From a virus, in the IMG/VR virus record IMGVR_UViG_3300049427_000004, positions 64,001 through 128,000 of that record: a stretch of 64,000 bases of DNA; one strand, 5' to 3'. Within the stretch, counting starts at the first letter, position 1. Every line of letters begins with the position of its first letter. Both the position numbers and the translations under genes were made by a program. This document shows, piece by piece, positions 1 through 9,308 of this stretch. The notes beneath the pieces are model-generated. The model searched no databases, was not told where the DNA came from, and saw only the letters and a list, made by a program, of their open reading frames with translations.

Positions 1-42
1 TATCATATTTTCACTTTCTCCAATCCTGATAAATGGTTCGAT

Positions 43-204
43 TTATTGGCTTTGATTCGGAAAGAAACTATCTAACTTGCTATGTTCTTCGCAAGCTACC
101 ACTGGTATGAAGGTATCTTTAGCATTTTCGCTTTCGTAGTGTCCATAAGTACAACCGCTAACCGTTGCTTCATTTTGACACTTTCCATAATTGCATCTTT
201 CCAT
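43..204 (-). CDS. Hypothetical Cys-rich protein (53 aa, MERCNYGKCQ...)
   Basis: Hand-translated; AGGAGG RBS upstream. Confidence 0.5.
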   Translation of the reverse strand: MERCNYGKCQNEATVSGCTYGHYESENAKDTFIPVVACEEHSKLDSFFPNQSQ

Positions 205-265
205 TTTTAATTCCTCCTGTTTTTCCGATGAAAAGTTAGTTTTATGCTCTATAAAGTCTTTACAT

Positions 266-460
266 TTAAACTTTCTCTGTCTTCCTTTTCATAACATATT
301 TAACTACCATGTAAGCACCAAAGAATATAACTACGTAGGATATGGAACCAGACAATTCAATAACTGTATGAAGTAGCGGATGTGCGTCTGCCCACTTCCA
401 GAAATAAAAAGTCTCCATGTTACTTTCTTTACCGAGATCACCAATCAATTTTTCTAACAT
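266..460 (-). CDS. Small membrane protein
   Basis: ORF with RBS and one hydrophobic segment followed by a basic tail. Confidence 0.55.
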   Translation of the reverse strand: MLEKLIGDLGKESNMETFYFWKWADAHPLLHTVIELSGSISYVVIFFGAYMVVKYVMKRKTEKV

Positions 461-567
461 TTAATAATCCTCCTCATTATCTCTTGATAACAACTCAATG
501 AGGATATATTCTGTTGTGATTAAGAGAAAATGAGTACTGTAACTGAGTCGATCAATTCATATGTATT

Positions 568-885
568 TTATATTTTTACTTTTTTACGTTCTTCTAATGT
601 CTTCAAATAATAATCTTGATTCAAGCAGCCTCTACTTATCAACTCATCGACCATTGCTATGTATGTTGGTGCGTTATTCAAGTATTTAATACCTTTGTTA
701 CCCTCTCTACGTTCGCAGAGATGAATACAATTCAGTAAGTGACTGTCCTCCATATTATGTGGTTCATAAACCACTCCAGTTGATGTTGTCCATGTGGCTT
801 TTTTCTTTTGATTGAATTGATTAAACTTTGGATATTTACTACCATCAAGCATCCTATCTATGTAATGATCGGCTATTTCTCCCAT
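568..885 (-). CDS. Hypothetical phage protein
   Basis: 105-aa ORF in co-oriented cluster. Confidence 0.6.
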   Translation of the reverse strand: MGEIADHYIDRMLDGSKYPKFNQFNQKKKATWTTSTGVVYEPHNMEDSHLLNCIHLCERREGNKGIKYLNNAPTYIAMVDELISRGCLNQDYYLKTLEERKKVKI

Positions 886-939
886 GTGATTAAAGATCCC
901 TCCTTTCTATGGGTAATGAATGATGACTTTCAAGGACAG

Positions 940-1164
940 TTAATGACTCAAATGTTCATGCATTCCTTGACTAAAACAAGCAGCAGGATCATCGTCATAT
1001 CTTGGATGTTCATCTAGGAAATTAATTGCTGCATTCACACAATCATCAATTGTGAAACCTTGTAACAAATAATAAGATACATCACTTTCAATTGAGTCGA
1101 AATCCCTGTCATTAACTGAGTATGGATACTTTTCCGTTAAGACATCATATAACGTTTTCCTCAA
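940..1164 (-). CDS. Hypothetical protein
   Basis: 74-aa ORF in co-oriented cluster. Confidence 0.55.
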   Translation of the reverse strand: MRKTLYDVLTEKYPYSVNDRDFDSIESDVSYYLLQGFTIDDCVNAAINFLDEHPRYDDDPAACFSQGMHEHLSH

Positions 1165-1203
1165 TAACTCACCCCATAGTAAATAATTTTCATTGCCTAT
1201 GCA

Positions 1204-1437
1204 TTAGTCTCCAACTGGCTTAAATTCCTTTATGTAATCCACTTTAAGAGAATCACCCTCGCGAACACGATAGTGATTCATATGGCGTTCTAGAGCTTTA
1301 TGCGCTGCCTCAGAACTAACATCCTCGATAAACTTGTGAATGTTGATATTTTCTTCATCCACTTCTGTATGAATGATATTTGTTGTTACTTTTACATCTT
1401 TTATATCTTTATGTGTAATGGAAACTTCGTACTTCAT
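1204..1437 (-). CDS. Hypothetical protein
   Basis: AAGGAG RBS before ATG (MKYEVSI...). Confidence 0.55.
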   Translation of the reverse strand: MKYEVSITHKDIKDVKVTTNIIHTEVDEENINIHKFIEDVSSEAAHKALERHMNHYRVREGDSLKVDYIKEFKPVGD

Positions 1438-1624
1438 CTTCTCAACTCCTTTAGTAATCAATCATCTCTTCTCGGCCATTTTCAGTCAAAGCAAGATGTT
1501 CATCATATTTGAATTCTCTGGCTTTGTAGTCTTTCTTTGGCTTAGTGAATTTACCACTTGTGAATTTACGATCCTTCTGCATATATTGTTTCTTATTACG
1601 TTCGTCTTGTTTCATATTTCCTCC

Positions 1625-2152
1625 CTAGACTCCAAAAAAGTTAGCAATGTCATTCCAGTTTTTCACTCGCTTAAAACGATTTTCATCTTTATTATGAGAA
1701 GCATCAAAAAGAAGTTTATTATCTCCCTTAAAGGTCTCTAAGTTGTGAGGCGCATCATCGATTAGGCTATCAGCCAAACAAATGCTTTTATTAACTGCAT
1801 AGACTACATTCTCTCTTTTTATGAATGGAAAATGTGTTTTGATCCATTTTGCTTTTGCAGGAATAACAGAAGCATTCCTTGCTGCTGTGACAATAAAGAC
1901 GTCATATTTTTCAGTAAGTTTTTTTACAATTTCTTGTGAGCCGTGAATCACAGGTAGGTTTTCAAACATATCTGGAGTTAGCATCTGATAAATCTTCTTC
2001 CCACACTCAGGCCTTGTAAGTACATGCCAATCCCACATCGTAATATCAGACACGTTTAAAGTATCATTGTATGTATTGTTATATCTATCAACCCAAGGTG
2101 TAATTAAATCAGCTAAGACATGATCTTGATCAACACAAATTCTTTCTTTCAC
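1625..2152 (-). CDS. 5'(3')-deoxyribonucleotidase (HAD family)
   Basis: N-terminal VDQDHVLAD (DxDxV), VTAA and LIDDAPHN motifs. Confidence 0.85.
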   Translation of the reverse strand: MKERICVDQDHVLADLITPWVDRYNNTYNDTLNVSDITMWDWHVLTRPECGKKIYQMLTPDMFENLPVIHGSQEIVKKLTEKYDVFIVTAARNASVIPAKAKWIKTHFPFIKRENVVYAVNKSICLADSLIDDAPHNLETFKGDNKLLFDASHNKDENRFKRVKNWNDIANFFGV

Positions 2153-2154
2153 TT

Positions 2155-2694
2155 TTAACCTCCAATAATATCTCTGACATCCTCAACAGCATCCTCTAGA
2201 AATCCTAGTTTGTTTGTCACAACATAGTCATAGTACACAAGATTATTAACTTCATCGTCGTATGTTTTAAGACGTTTAGATATATCTTCTTCTGTATCTC
2301 CTCGTTGTCTCATATTGGACTCTACTGTTTCACGATCACAATAAATGAAAATTGACACGCAATTACTATGTATAGCTTTCATTTGACGCATTCCTTTGTT
2401 ATCACAGATGAAAAATGTATCGCCTTTTCCTAATTTGGATTCATATTCTTCACGAGTTACTCCATAAAAATTTCCACTATAATTTGTATGTTCAATCAGT
2501 CCATTATTATTGAGCAGTCTATCGAATTCAGATTGTTCTATGAAGATATAATCTACTCCATCAATTTCACCTTCGCGTGGCTTTCTGGTTGTGAAAGAAA
2601 CAATTTCTCGATCCATGATAGATCGTAGGACTGTTGTTTTGCCTGAACCAGATGCTCCTGAAACTAAGATTAGCTTATTCTGCAAGAAGTTCAC
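2155..2694 (-). CDS. gmk: Guanylate kinase-like protein
   Basis: GASGSGKT P-loop, SFTTRKPREGEIDGVDYIF signature. Confidence 0.85.
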   Translation of the reverse strand: MNFLQNKLILVSGASGSGKTTVLRSIMDREIVSFTTRKPREGEIDGVDYIFIEQSEFDRLLNNNGLIEHTNYSGNFYGVTREEYESKLGKGDTFFICDNKGMRQMKAIHSNCVSIFIYCDRETVESNMRQRGDTEEDISKRLKTYDDEVNNLVYYDYVVTNKLGFLEDAVEDVRDIIGG

Positions 2695-3446
2695 CCTTTC
2701 ATTTGTGAGATGATATTAGAAATGTCAACACTATCATCATAATTAACCTCATAATATCTGTTGTTTAAATTAATTTGCAGGACTAAGCTTCTCGATATTC
2801 TATATTGCCTTGCAATTACTTTTTGATAATAACCTAACTTAAGCAACTTCTTTATTTCTTTGACTTGAACATTGGTGAGAACAGCATCACTTCTCTTATT
2901 TTTTCTGTTATCGATATAAGGGATTTCGATGTCATCATCTGACATAACACTAGTCCAACTAATATTATTGTTGATTGAATTGATTGCACTTCTTGATACA
3001 TTAAAATGTTCAGCAATTTTATGTTGCTTGAAACCCTGTTTTAATAGCTTTCGTATCTTCTTGACCGATTCTTCATTCAATATTGACTGTGCGCACTCTC
3101 CCCCCACTGGAGTCAAACCAATTTGATGTTGATGTTGTGAATTTTCAGATAGAGACATACCTTCCAAATTGTTCATAAGATTATTTAACTTGTTACCATC
3201 AATATGGTTGACACTCTCATATTTTACTAATTCATTTACTCCAAAATAATAGGCGAACAATACTTGATGAAGATACACTTTTTTACTATTGATACTTAAT
3301 TGAACGTATCCATTCTTGCCAACATATCCTATTGAACGCCTTTTTTTGTTAACAAGTTTCCCATTTTCAACAATATATTGGCAGCTATCTATCAAGTCTA
3401 AATATAAATTAACTGTTTTTATCGTACTTTCTTTAATTCTTTTCAT
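2691..3446 (-). CDS. Free-standing HNH homing endonuclease with two C-terminal HTH repeats
   Basis: YLHQV...VNHIDGNKLNNLMNNLE motif; duplicated KxIxKLLKxG...SRS HTH. Confidence 0.85.
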   Translation of the reverse strand: MKRIKESTIKTVNLYLDLIDSCQYIVENGKLVNKKRRSIGYVGKNGYVQLSINSKKVYLHQVLFAYYFGVNELVKYESVNHIDGNKLNNLMNNLEGMSLSENSQHQHQIGLTPVGGECAQSILNEESVKKIRKLLKQGFKQHKIAEHFNVSRSAINSINNNISWTSVMSDDDIEIPYIDNRKNKRSDAVLTNVQVKEIKKLLKLGYYQKVIARQYRISRSLVLQINLNNRYYEVNYDDSVDISNIISQMKG

Positions 3447-3717
3447 TGGTTTCCTTTTTCAATTCAGTAAGCAATAGCATTGCATATCCACACAAGTCAA
3501 GACAGGTATCTTCTGAACTTTCTTTAACTTTTATTTCAGATCCTTTTATAATGTTCTTCAGACGTTTAATCTTATCGTCCATACGCATTACGCCAGAAAC
3601 GATGCCATACTCCTTGTATGATTCACTGAAAGAAGATCCATAATCATGATCTTTCTTAATCAATAATTCAATTACTTCTTGACCTACTTCGCGAATCCAT
3701 TCTTCTTGAGTTTTCAA
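3433..3717 (-). CDS. DUF1599-type (all-alpha NTP pyrophosphatase-like) protein
   Basis: KKDHDYGSSF...RMDDKIKRL...EDTCLDLCGYA pattern. Confidence 0.7.
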   Translation of the reverse strand: MKTQEEWIREVGQEVIELLIKKDHDYGSSFSESYKEYGIVSGVMRMDDKIKRLKNIIKGSEIKVKESSEDTCLDLCGYAMLLLTELKKETNEKN

Positions 3718-3725
3718 ATATACAC

Positions 3726-4295
3726 CTAGCTTTCATTTTTCTTTATTACTTTTACCACTAATTTTTTTCTACCAAACTCCAGCGCCTCTTCAACTGTTTC
3801 CATATAAATATCTAATTTACCAGCCTTAATTGCCCCTCCACGGTCTTCACAGACGAATGTGGTGTCAAAGTAAGGTACGAATAGCTCAGTGCCAAATGGC
3901 ATTGATTTTGGGCAAGCAGCTGTGTGCATTGCTTTGGTTTTAACTCCACTCGCAGTGATACCATAGCCCTTTTCACCTTTGCGCTTTTGTGTGCTCTCAT
4001 ATCCGTTTGTGTAAGCCGTTAAAACATATATTTCAAAGCCCTTTTCATCCTCAAACCTGAGAATTTTGACCTCTGATTTAACTTTTAAGTCTAATCTCTC
4101 TTTAAGAAAACCTCTTTTTATTGCATTATGTATTTTCACATTTCTTTTTTTAATACCCTCGATCAATTGAACAGTGAATATAGATGAATCTTTATATGTA
4201 TGTGTATTTGCCTCAATACTCACATTGCTGGTTTTAACATCTGAGAATGAAGTTAAGACAACCAACAGGAATATTGAAAGAATAACTCTTCCCAT
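3726..4295 (-). CDS. Secreted 3D-domain cell-wall protein
   Basis: Signal peptide; TAYT, GITASG, CEDRGGAIKAGKLDIY motifs. Confidence 0.85.
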   Translation of the reverse strand: MGRVILSIFLLVVLTSFSDVKTSNVSIEANTHTYKDSSIFTVQLIEGIKKRNVKIHNAIKRGFLKERLDLKVKSEVKILRFEDEKGFEIYVLTAYTNGYESTQKRKGEKGYGITASGVKTKAMHTAACPKSMPFGTELFVPYFDTTFVCEDRGGAIKAGKLDIYMETVEEALEFGRKKLVVKVIKKNES

Positions 4296-4392
4296 TCATA
4301 CCTCCTAGATATTCGTATTAATAAAGATACCTCCAGAGTATTGCTTATTATGACTTTCCTCTGGAGGTTGACTGTATAACTTATTAATTTAA

Positions 4393-4785
4393 TTATTCTT
4401 CCACTTCTACTGACCCTATCTCTTTAACAATAATTGTAACATTTTCAATTGAAAGATCGTTTGCAATAAGATATTTATGCGCAACTTCAAATTCTGCACT
4501 TTTTGCGTTTTTAGCAACAACCTTTTTGTCTACCAAAATTTCTCGTCTCTTACCTACTACAAGCACGTTATACAATGTTTCCATATTGTCTTCAGTCTCC
4601 TTTTTTAATTTACTTTCATACAAGCGTAAACGTAAATTTTTAATAAAGTTCTGTTCTCTGCTAAGTGGCATAGTATCACTTTCTTTCAAGTAACTTAAAC
4701 CTATTATCACTGTATTGACTGGTAGTGGTTTAGCTAAGCTATGTATATCAGTATTTTTACCTATGATCTCCATAAAATCCTCCAA
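4393..4785 (-). CDS. Hypothetical protein
   Basis: GGAGG RBS; possible internal start at MET LYN. Confidence 0.5.
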   Translation of the reverse strand: MEDFMEIIGKNTDIHSLAKPLPVNTVIIGLSYLKESDTMPLSREQNFIKNLRLRLYESKLKKETEDNMETLYNVLVVGKRREILVDKKVVAKNAKSAEFEVAHKYLIANDLSIENVTIIVKEIGSVEVEE

Positions 4786-4876
4786 TCATTAAAAAACTAG
4801 ACTCTGAAAAGTCAATGTTTATATAGGTTTTTCAGAGTCTGTAAGGCATTAAAATATCTCTTTCATGACCTATGTA

Positions 4877-6133
4877 TTAAACAGTTACTTTAGGTAGTTC
4901 TTTCACATAATTAAGCCCAACGGTTAATTTATCTACGTCTTCAACTTTTCGATAATCTCCCCCAAAGATCTCTTTGAATTTTGGCACAATAACTTTATTA
5001 ATAGTTACACCATCAAACAATTTAATCTCAGCAGTGATTGTTTCAATCAATTCTTTTGCAGTCTCAATCAATGCCTGTGCTTTTTCTTCTTCTTGCTCTT
5101 GCTCAATCTCTTTGATCACTTCTTCAGAAAACGCTTGAGCCTTTTCTTCACGTTGCTCAATCTCAACTTTACGCAATTCCTCAATGGATTCATTACCATC
5201 CAACTGACCTTCAACAGCTTCCTTAAACACATCTACAAACTCTTTGATGCCATAGGGAACTTTTTCAGGAAGATTTACAAAGCGACCACCAGCAATACTG
5301 ATGTAGTTTGACTCACGGAAATACATGAATGTTTGAGACTCATGGAAATTAGTTGCGATCTCTTTACCGCTTTTACTTTCAGCATTTTTCGTGAGCTCTT
5401 TCCCTGTTTTATCAGTAGCTTTAACTTCGTTATGCAAGCAGCAAATCAAGTCAGCCTGAGATTGAAAAACTTTACGACAAGTAGCATTCATCATAAGCTC
5501 GATTGAGTTGTATTTTACTCCATCAATCAATTCAGTAGTTTTCTCTTTAGTCCATGCCAAGTTAATAATACCGTAGCCTGAACCTCGAAGATTATCTACA
5601 GGACGCTTCAACTCATCATAAAGGTTGTTCCAAACGTTCTCCTTGTAGATCTTTGATTCTGATAGCTCTTGAATAGAAGTAAACCCATTGTTTGGATACT
5701 TGATATTCGCTTCGTTTACAATATAAGCTGAAGCACAATCGATTAGTCTATCTACTGTATCGAATCCAATAACTTTTGATGTTCTACCTTCTTTAGATTC
5801 CTGAACCAAACCACCAACAATATCCTTTTTGAAATAAACCCATTTGTCTGCGTCCATCTCGATTTCTGTCTTAACTTTTACCTTTCCGTTTCTACCGATC
5901 TCATCAGGTGCTCTATACTCAGCCATATCGATGAATGATTTCAACTTCCATGATTTATAACCTGTTTCAAAAGCAATTAGCAATCCAGCATCAGGTTCAT
6001 CAGGATACATGTATTCGAGCAGCTCTTTCCAAAGTCGTGTTTTACCAGCTTTATAAGTACCTGCGATAAGAAGAATATACGATTGTAAATCTACACGCGG
6101 AATATTTTGTTTAACATTTTTACGAAATGACAT
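4877..6133 (-). CDS. AAA-family ATPase (Sak4/AAA_24-like recombination protein)
   Basis: AGTYKAGKT Walker A, GFDTVDRL Walker B-like; next to an SSB-like gene. Confidence 0.75.
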   Translation of the reverse strand: MSFRKNVKQNIPRVDLQSYILLIAGTYKAGKTRLWKELLEYMYPDEPDAGLLIAFETGYKSWKLKSFIDMAEYRAPDEIGRNGKVKVKTEIEMDADKWVYFKKDIVGGLVQESKEGRTSKVIGFDTVDRLIDCASAYIVNEANIKYPNNGFTSIQELSESKIYKENVWNNLYDELKRPVDNLRGSGYGIINLAWTKEKTTELIDGVKYNSIELMMNATCRKVFQSQADLICCLHNEVKATDKTGKELTKNAESKSGKEIATNFHESQTFMYFRESNYISIAGGRFVNLPEKVPYGIKEFVDVFKEAVEGQLDGNESIEELRKVEIEQREEKAQAFSEEVIKEIEQEQEEEKAQALIETAKELIETITAEIKLFDGVTINKVIVPKFKEIFGGDYRKVEDVDKLTVGLNYVKELPKVTV

Positions 6134-6237
6134 TTTTATTAAATCTCTCCCTTAAGTTAAGTTTTTTTGTCTGCACCTATTTCTAGATGCAGAACGTATT
6201 ATATGTATTTCATTTTTTATTAATATGTATTTAATTA

Positions 6238-7347
6238 TTAAAAAGGAAGGCTATCTTCTGCAAATGGATCTGAGGAATCAGAAGCAAATGGATCAGAACT
6301 CTCATTTACAAACGGACTATCTTCTTTAGGATTAGACATTTCTTCATCCTTTAGATACTCGATTAGTTTTGTCTTTTGCACATAGCTAACAATTTCAAGA
6401 CCTTTCTTTTCTCCAGTCACAACTTTTTCTTGGCGAATTGTTTTATCGCCTTCTTCAATGTCTGCGAATGGATCATCACTTTCGAAACTATCAACTACAT
6501 CAACATAACTAATAATTGCACGATTGTTATCTGCTCCGATTACTTCAATAAAGTCACGATATTCAAGTGTTGCGAATGCATCTGCAAGTGATTTTTTACC
6601 TTCTGCCACTTCTTTCTGATATACAACAAGTTCAGCGTCTTCGACCTTACTACGTTCTTTTCCATAAGAAAGCACTACTGCTTTCACTGTTGTATTACCA
6701 GTGTTCTCATTCTGTGTTGCACTTTTAACTCCAATTTGCAAATTAAAATAATTTACTTCTTTGAAATCAGGTGAATTGAAGTCACAGACATAGTTAACCT
6801 TAGTATCTTTATCAATTTTAATTTCTTGACCGTCTTCTACAGCATTGAGACTCTTAATCATGCGCTTAGTGATGATCATTGGAGTGCCATCATCTGTGGT
6901 GAAGCTGCTGAATTCATAGAACCCTTTTACTTCAACCCATTTGTCTGTATCAACGAGTTTTCCATACTCTTCTGTATTATCCCAATCCGTACCACCCAAA
7001 ACGTTATATGTATTGTCAGGAAACTTTTCTTTGTCAAAGCGGTCAGCCCAAGGCACTTCAACTGATTTACCAGTTGCACTACTATAAGGATATACAGACT
7101 TCATTTCCATTCCGTTTAGTTCAAGCTTCAGATCGTTACTATAAGCTGTCTCTAGGCTGAATGTTAGAACTCGACGAGGTTTCTTGGTTTGTGTAAGGCT
7201 TTCTTTAAAGTAAGGAACATCTTGCCACTCTTTATTCTCATCTTGCTTACGAACTGGTTTTACTTTACCTACAAAATGAAAATAATTTTTAAACTCTTTG
7301 CCACCATGTTTCTTATTCAACTTCACCAACGGTTTTTCTTTAGCCAT
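6238..7347 (-). CDS. Putative ssDNA-binding replication protein
   Basis: Beta-rich sequence with an acidic C-tail ending ...DSLPF, typical of SSBs; inference. Confidence 0.55.
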   Translation of the reverse strand: MAKEKPLVKLNKKHGGKEFKNYFHFVGKVKPVRKQDENKEWQDVPYFKESLTQTKKPRRVLTFSLETAYSNDLKLELNGMEMKSVYPYSSATGKSVEVPWADRFDKEKFPDNTYNVLGGTDWDNTEEYGKLVDTDKWVEVKGFYEFSSFTTDDGTPMIITKRMIKSLNAVEDGQEIKIDKDTKVNYVCDFNSPDFKEVNYFNLQIGVKSATQNENTGNTTVKAVVLSYGKERSKVEDAELVVYQKEVAEGKKSLADAFATLEYRDFIEVIGADNNRAIISYVDVVDSFESDDPFADIEEGDKTIRQEKVVTGEKKGLEIVSYVQKTKLIEYLKDEEMSNPKEDSPFVNESSDPFASDSSDPFAEDSLPF

Positions 7348-7511
7348 TATTATTATCTACTCCCTTATTTTTGTTTCTAATTTTTTATGTATAACACTAT
7401 TATGAGGTAAGGGAGTAACAAGGTGGATCTCGACCATAATCTATGGTTCATCACATCCTTTCAATATTGCGTTTCTATGTCATCACTCAGTTTCAAGTGT
7501 TGATTTATTAA

Positions 7512-7589
7512 TGGTGGACTCTGTGGGGCACGATCCCACAACCTACCGCTTATGAGACGGTTGCTGCTAACCAGTTGAGCTAAGAGTCC
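7512..7589 (-). tRNA. tRNA with CAT anticodon, probably tRNA-Ile2 (lysidine type); encoded CCA
   Basis: Acceptor GGACTCT/AGAGTCC+ACCA, anticodon loop CTCATAA, T-stem GTGGG/CCCAC; resembles Bacillus tRNA-Ile2 more than tRNA-Met. Confidence 0.85.
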
Positions 7590-7596
7590 TTAATTT

Positions 7597-7689
7597 GAGG
7601 ACGGAAGGGATTGAACCTTCCCAACGCACCAGCGTCAATACAGGATTCGAACCTGAGTGATCCGTCGATCTTGGCCTTCCAGCATCCTC
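7597..7689 (-). ncRNA. tRNA-like element with acceptor stem and two T-arms, no anticodon arm
   Basis: GAGGATG/CGTCCTC 7-bp stem; GAAGG-TTCAATC-CCTTC and CAGG-TTCGAAT-CCTG hairpins. Confidence 0.5.
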
Positions 7690-8083
7690 ATGAAATGTAC
7701 GATTTATTATCTTTTGCTTTATAAGATGCAGCTACATCTCAATCAGCTCCTTTCGGTAGGATCAATTTATCACTTTGAATTAATAATTGTCAACGTTTTT
7801 ATTTTTTCTTTTTATTATCTATACTTCAACCTTTTACACTCAGATGCTTCTAGATAATAATGACACGAAACACTCCTTCAATCAGTTCCACTTCTTTTTT
7901 CTCAATATCAGAAACGAAAGTAATCCAACTCCTATATGCCTCTGATTCAAACACTTCACCATACTGCTTCAGAGTTTCAATATCTATGGTATATACTCTG
8001 TAACGATGACTCATGCGTGAATCCTCCATTCTCTTAAGGCTTCCTACCTATGCAGAGAAGCCTTGTAATTGAAATAAAATTGT

Positions 8084-8308
8084 TTAGCTTTTAACTGACA
8101 TGTATTCATTTGTAGTCGATTCAATTGCATCTATATCACCTCTGAAAACAGTGATCCATTTCGATAATTCATGCATATTTATTACATTTTCTTTTAAAAC
8201 TGAGTATGTATTTGAAGCTTTATCAATTCCACAGCAATGTTCAATCCACAACAGAAAGCTATCAGGATCATCTTCCCATTTCTCTAGTAAATCATCAATA
8301 TTAATCAA
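8084..8308 (-). CDS. Hypothetical acidic protein
   Basis: AGAGGGGG RBS before TTG (MINIDDLLEKW...). Confidence 0.45.
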   Translation of the reverse strand: MINIDDLLEKWEDDPDSFLLWIEHCCGIDKASNTYSVLKENVINMHELSKWITVFRGDIDAIESTTNEYMSVKS

Positions 8309-8438
8309 AATTGCTTCCCCCTCTGAATTCACTAGACAATATTTCCTATATATGTAGTATATAAGATCTATATATGGAAATGAATGATCAATTGCTATTA
8401 AAATTATGTATTGACACATAAGCATTTTTTTGCTCTTG

Positions 8439-8508
8439 TGTCGACAAAAAAAGGATAAAGTGTCGAAAAAGACTCAATCCATTGTAATGAACAGAATACT
8501 TTGTCGAA
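8439..8508. promoter_or_regulatory. Three Spo0A-box-like sites
   Basis: TGTCGAC 8439, TGTCGAA 8461, TGTCGAA 8502 in an intergenic region. Confidence 0.5.
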
Positions 8509-8567
8509 TACTGTAGATTACTGATATTTTTCTTTTGTGATCACGCAAATCCAACGCAAAAACTAAA

Positions 8568-9086
8568 CTATCTGCTCCCTAATGGCGAATATTCAAATAC
8601 GTCTCTTACTGACTTATTGAGGTATAGATCTCTTTCTTTACCTAATTCAGATTTTAGTACACCTCTAATCGCAGCTCCAGATACAGGAATAGAATGCTCT
8701 TTTGTGAAGTAAACACGATGTAAATTAGAGTGATACCATTGAATCATTTTCATATTAACCAATAATCCATTATCTAATTTCTTAAACTTGAAATTATCTA
8801 CAAGATGATCCTGCATGAACTCTAGATTCACATTAGAAGTTATCACCTCTCCAGTAACGAGAAAGATATTCGTTACATTATTTTTAGGATTGATAGCGTA
8901 TAGAATGGCTTCTACATCTACATTTTTTGCTCTATCTATTTTAACGGGAATGGAAATAAATTGTCCATTCTCCAGATTTTCCGAAATCCAATCACCTAAC
9001 TCCGCAAACTCATACTGCATAAAATTCTGCTCGTTGATTGTTTCTTTAATAAAATCTCTTCTAGTTTTCATTAAAGTACACCTCAT
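8568..9086 (-). CDS. LytTR DNA-binding domain protein lacking a receiver domain
   Basis: VEAILY...NLEFMQDHL...FKKLDNGLLVNMKMI...SIPVS matches the LytTR pattern; N-terminus too short for REC. Confidence 0.7.
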   Translation of the reverse strand: MRCTLMKTRRDFIKETINEQNFMQYEFAELGDWISENLENGQFISIPVKIDRAKNVDVEAILYAINPKNNVTNIFLVTGEVITSNVNLEFMQDHLVDNFKFKKLDNGLLVNMKMIQWYHSNLHRVYFTKEHSIPVSGAAIRGVLKSELGKERDLYLNKSVRDVFEYSPLGSR

Positions 9087-9181
9087 TTCGTTTAATTGAT
9101 GTTAATCGGGTTGTGATTTGCTTGAGTGTACCCCATAAGGCACACCCAAGCATAGTTATGTATTGTTATAAAAATTATGTA

Positions 9182-9286
9182 TTACTTACGCGGATCTAAA
9201 AACCAAACAATTTTTGATGTTGTGATGACAGTTGGGATTGCTAGAATGAGCGCTAACAAAGCTGTTGCGACAGATGACTTTTTAAT
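9182..9286 (-). CDS. AgrD-like propeptide (34 aa, probable ATT start)
   Basis: MKKSSVATALLALILAIPTVITTSKIVWFLDPRK; GGAGG RBS 8 nt before ATT; lies in the AgrB operon. Confidence 0.55.
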   Translation of the reverse strand: MKKSSVATALLALILAIPTVITTSKIVWFLDPRK

Positions 9287-9308
9287 ATTTCTCACCTCCA
9301 TTATAAAA

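Noticed and set aside
7400-7470. Third tRNA-like gene
   Set aside because: Only a single ACCATA/TATGGT hairpin; no T-loop or acceptor stem.
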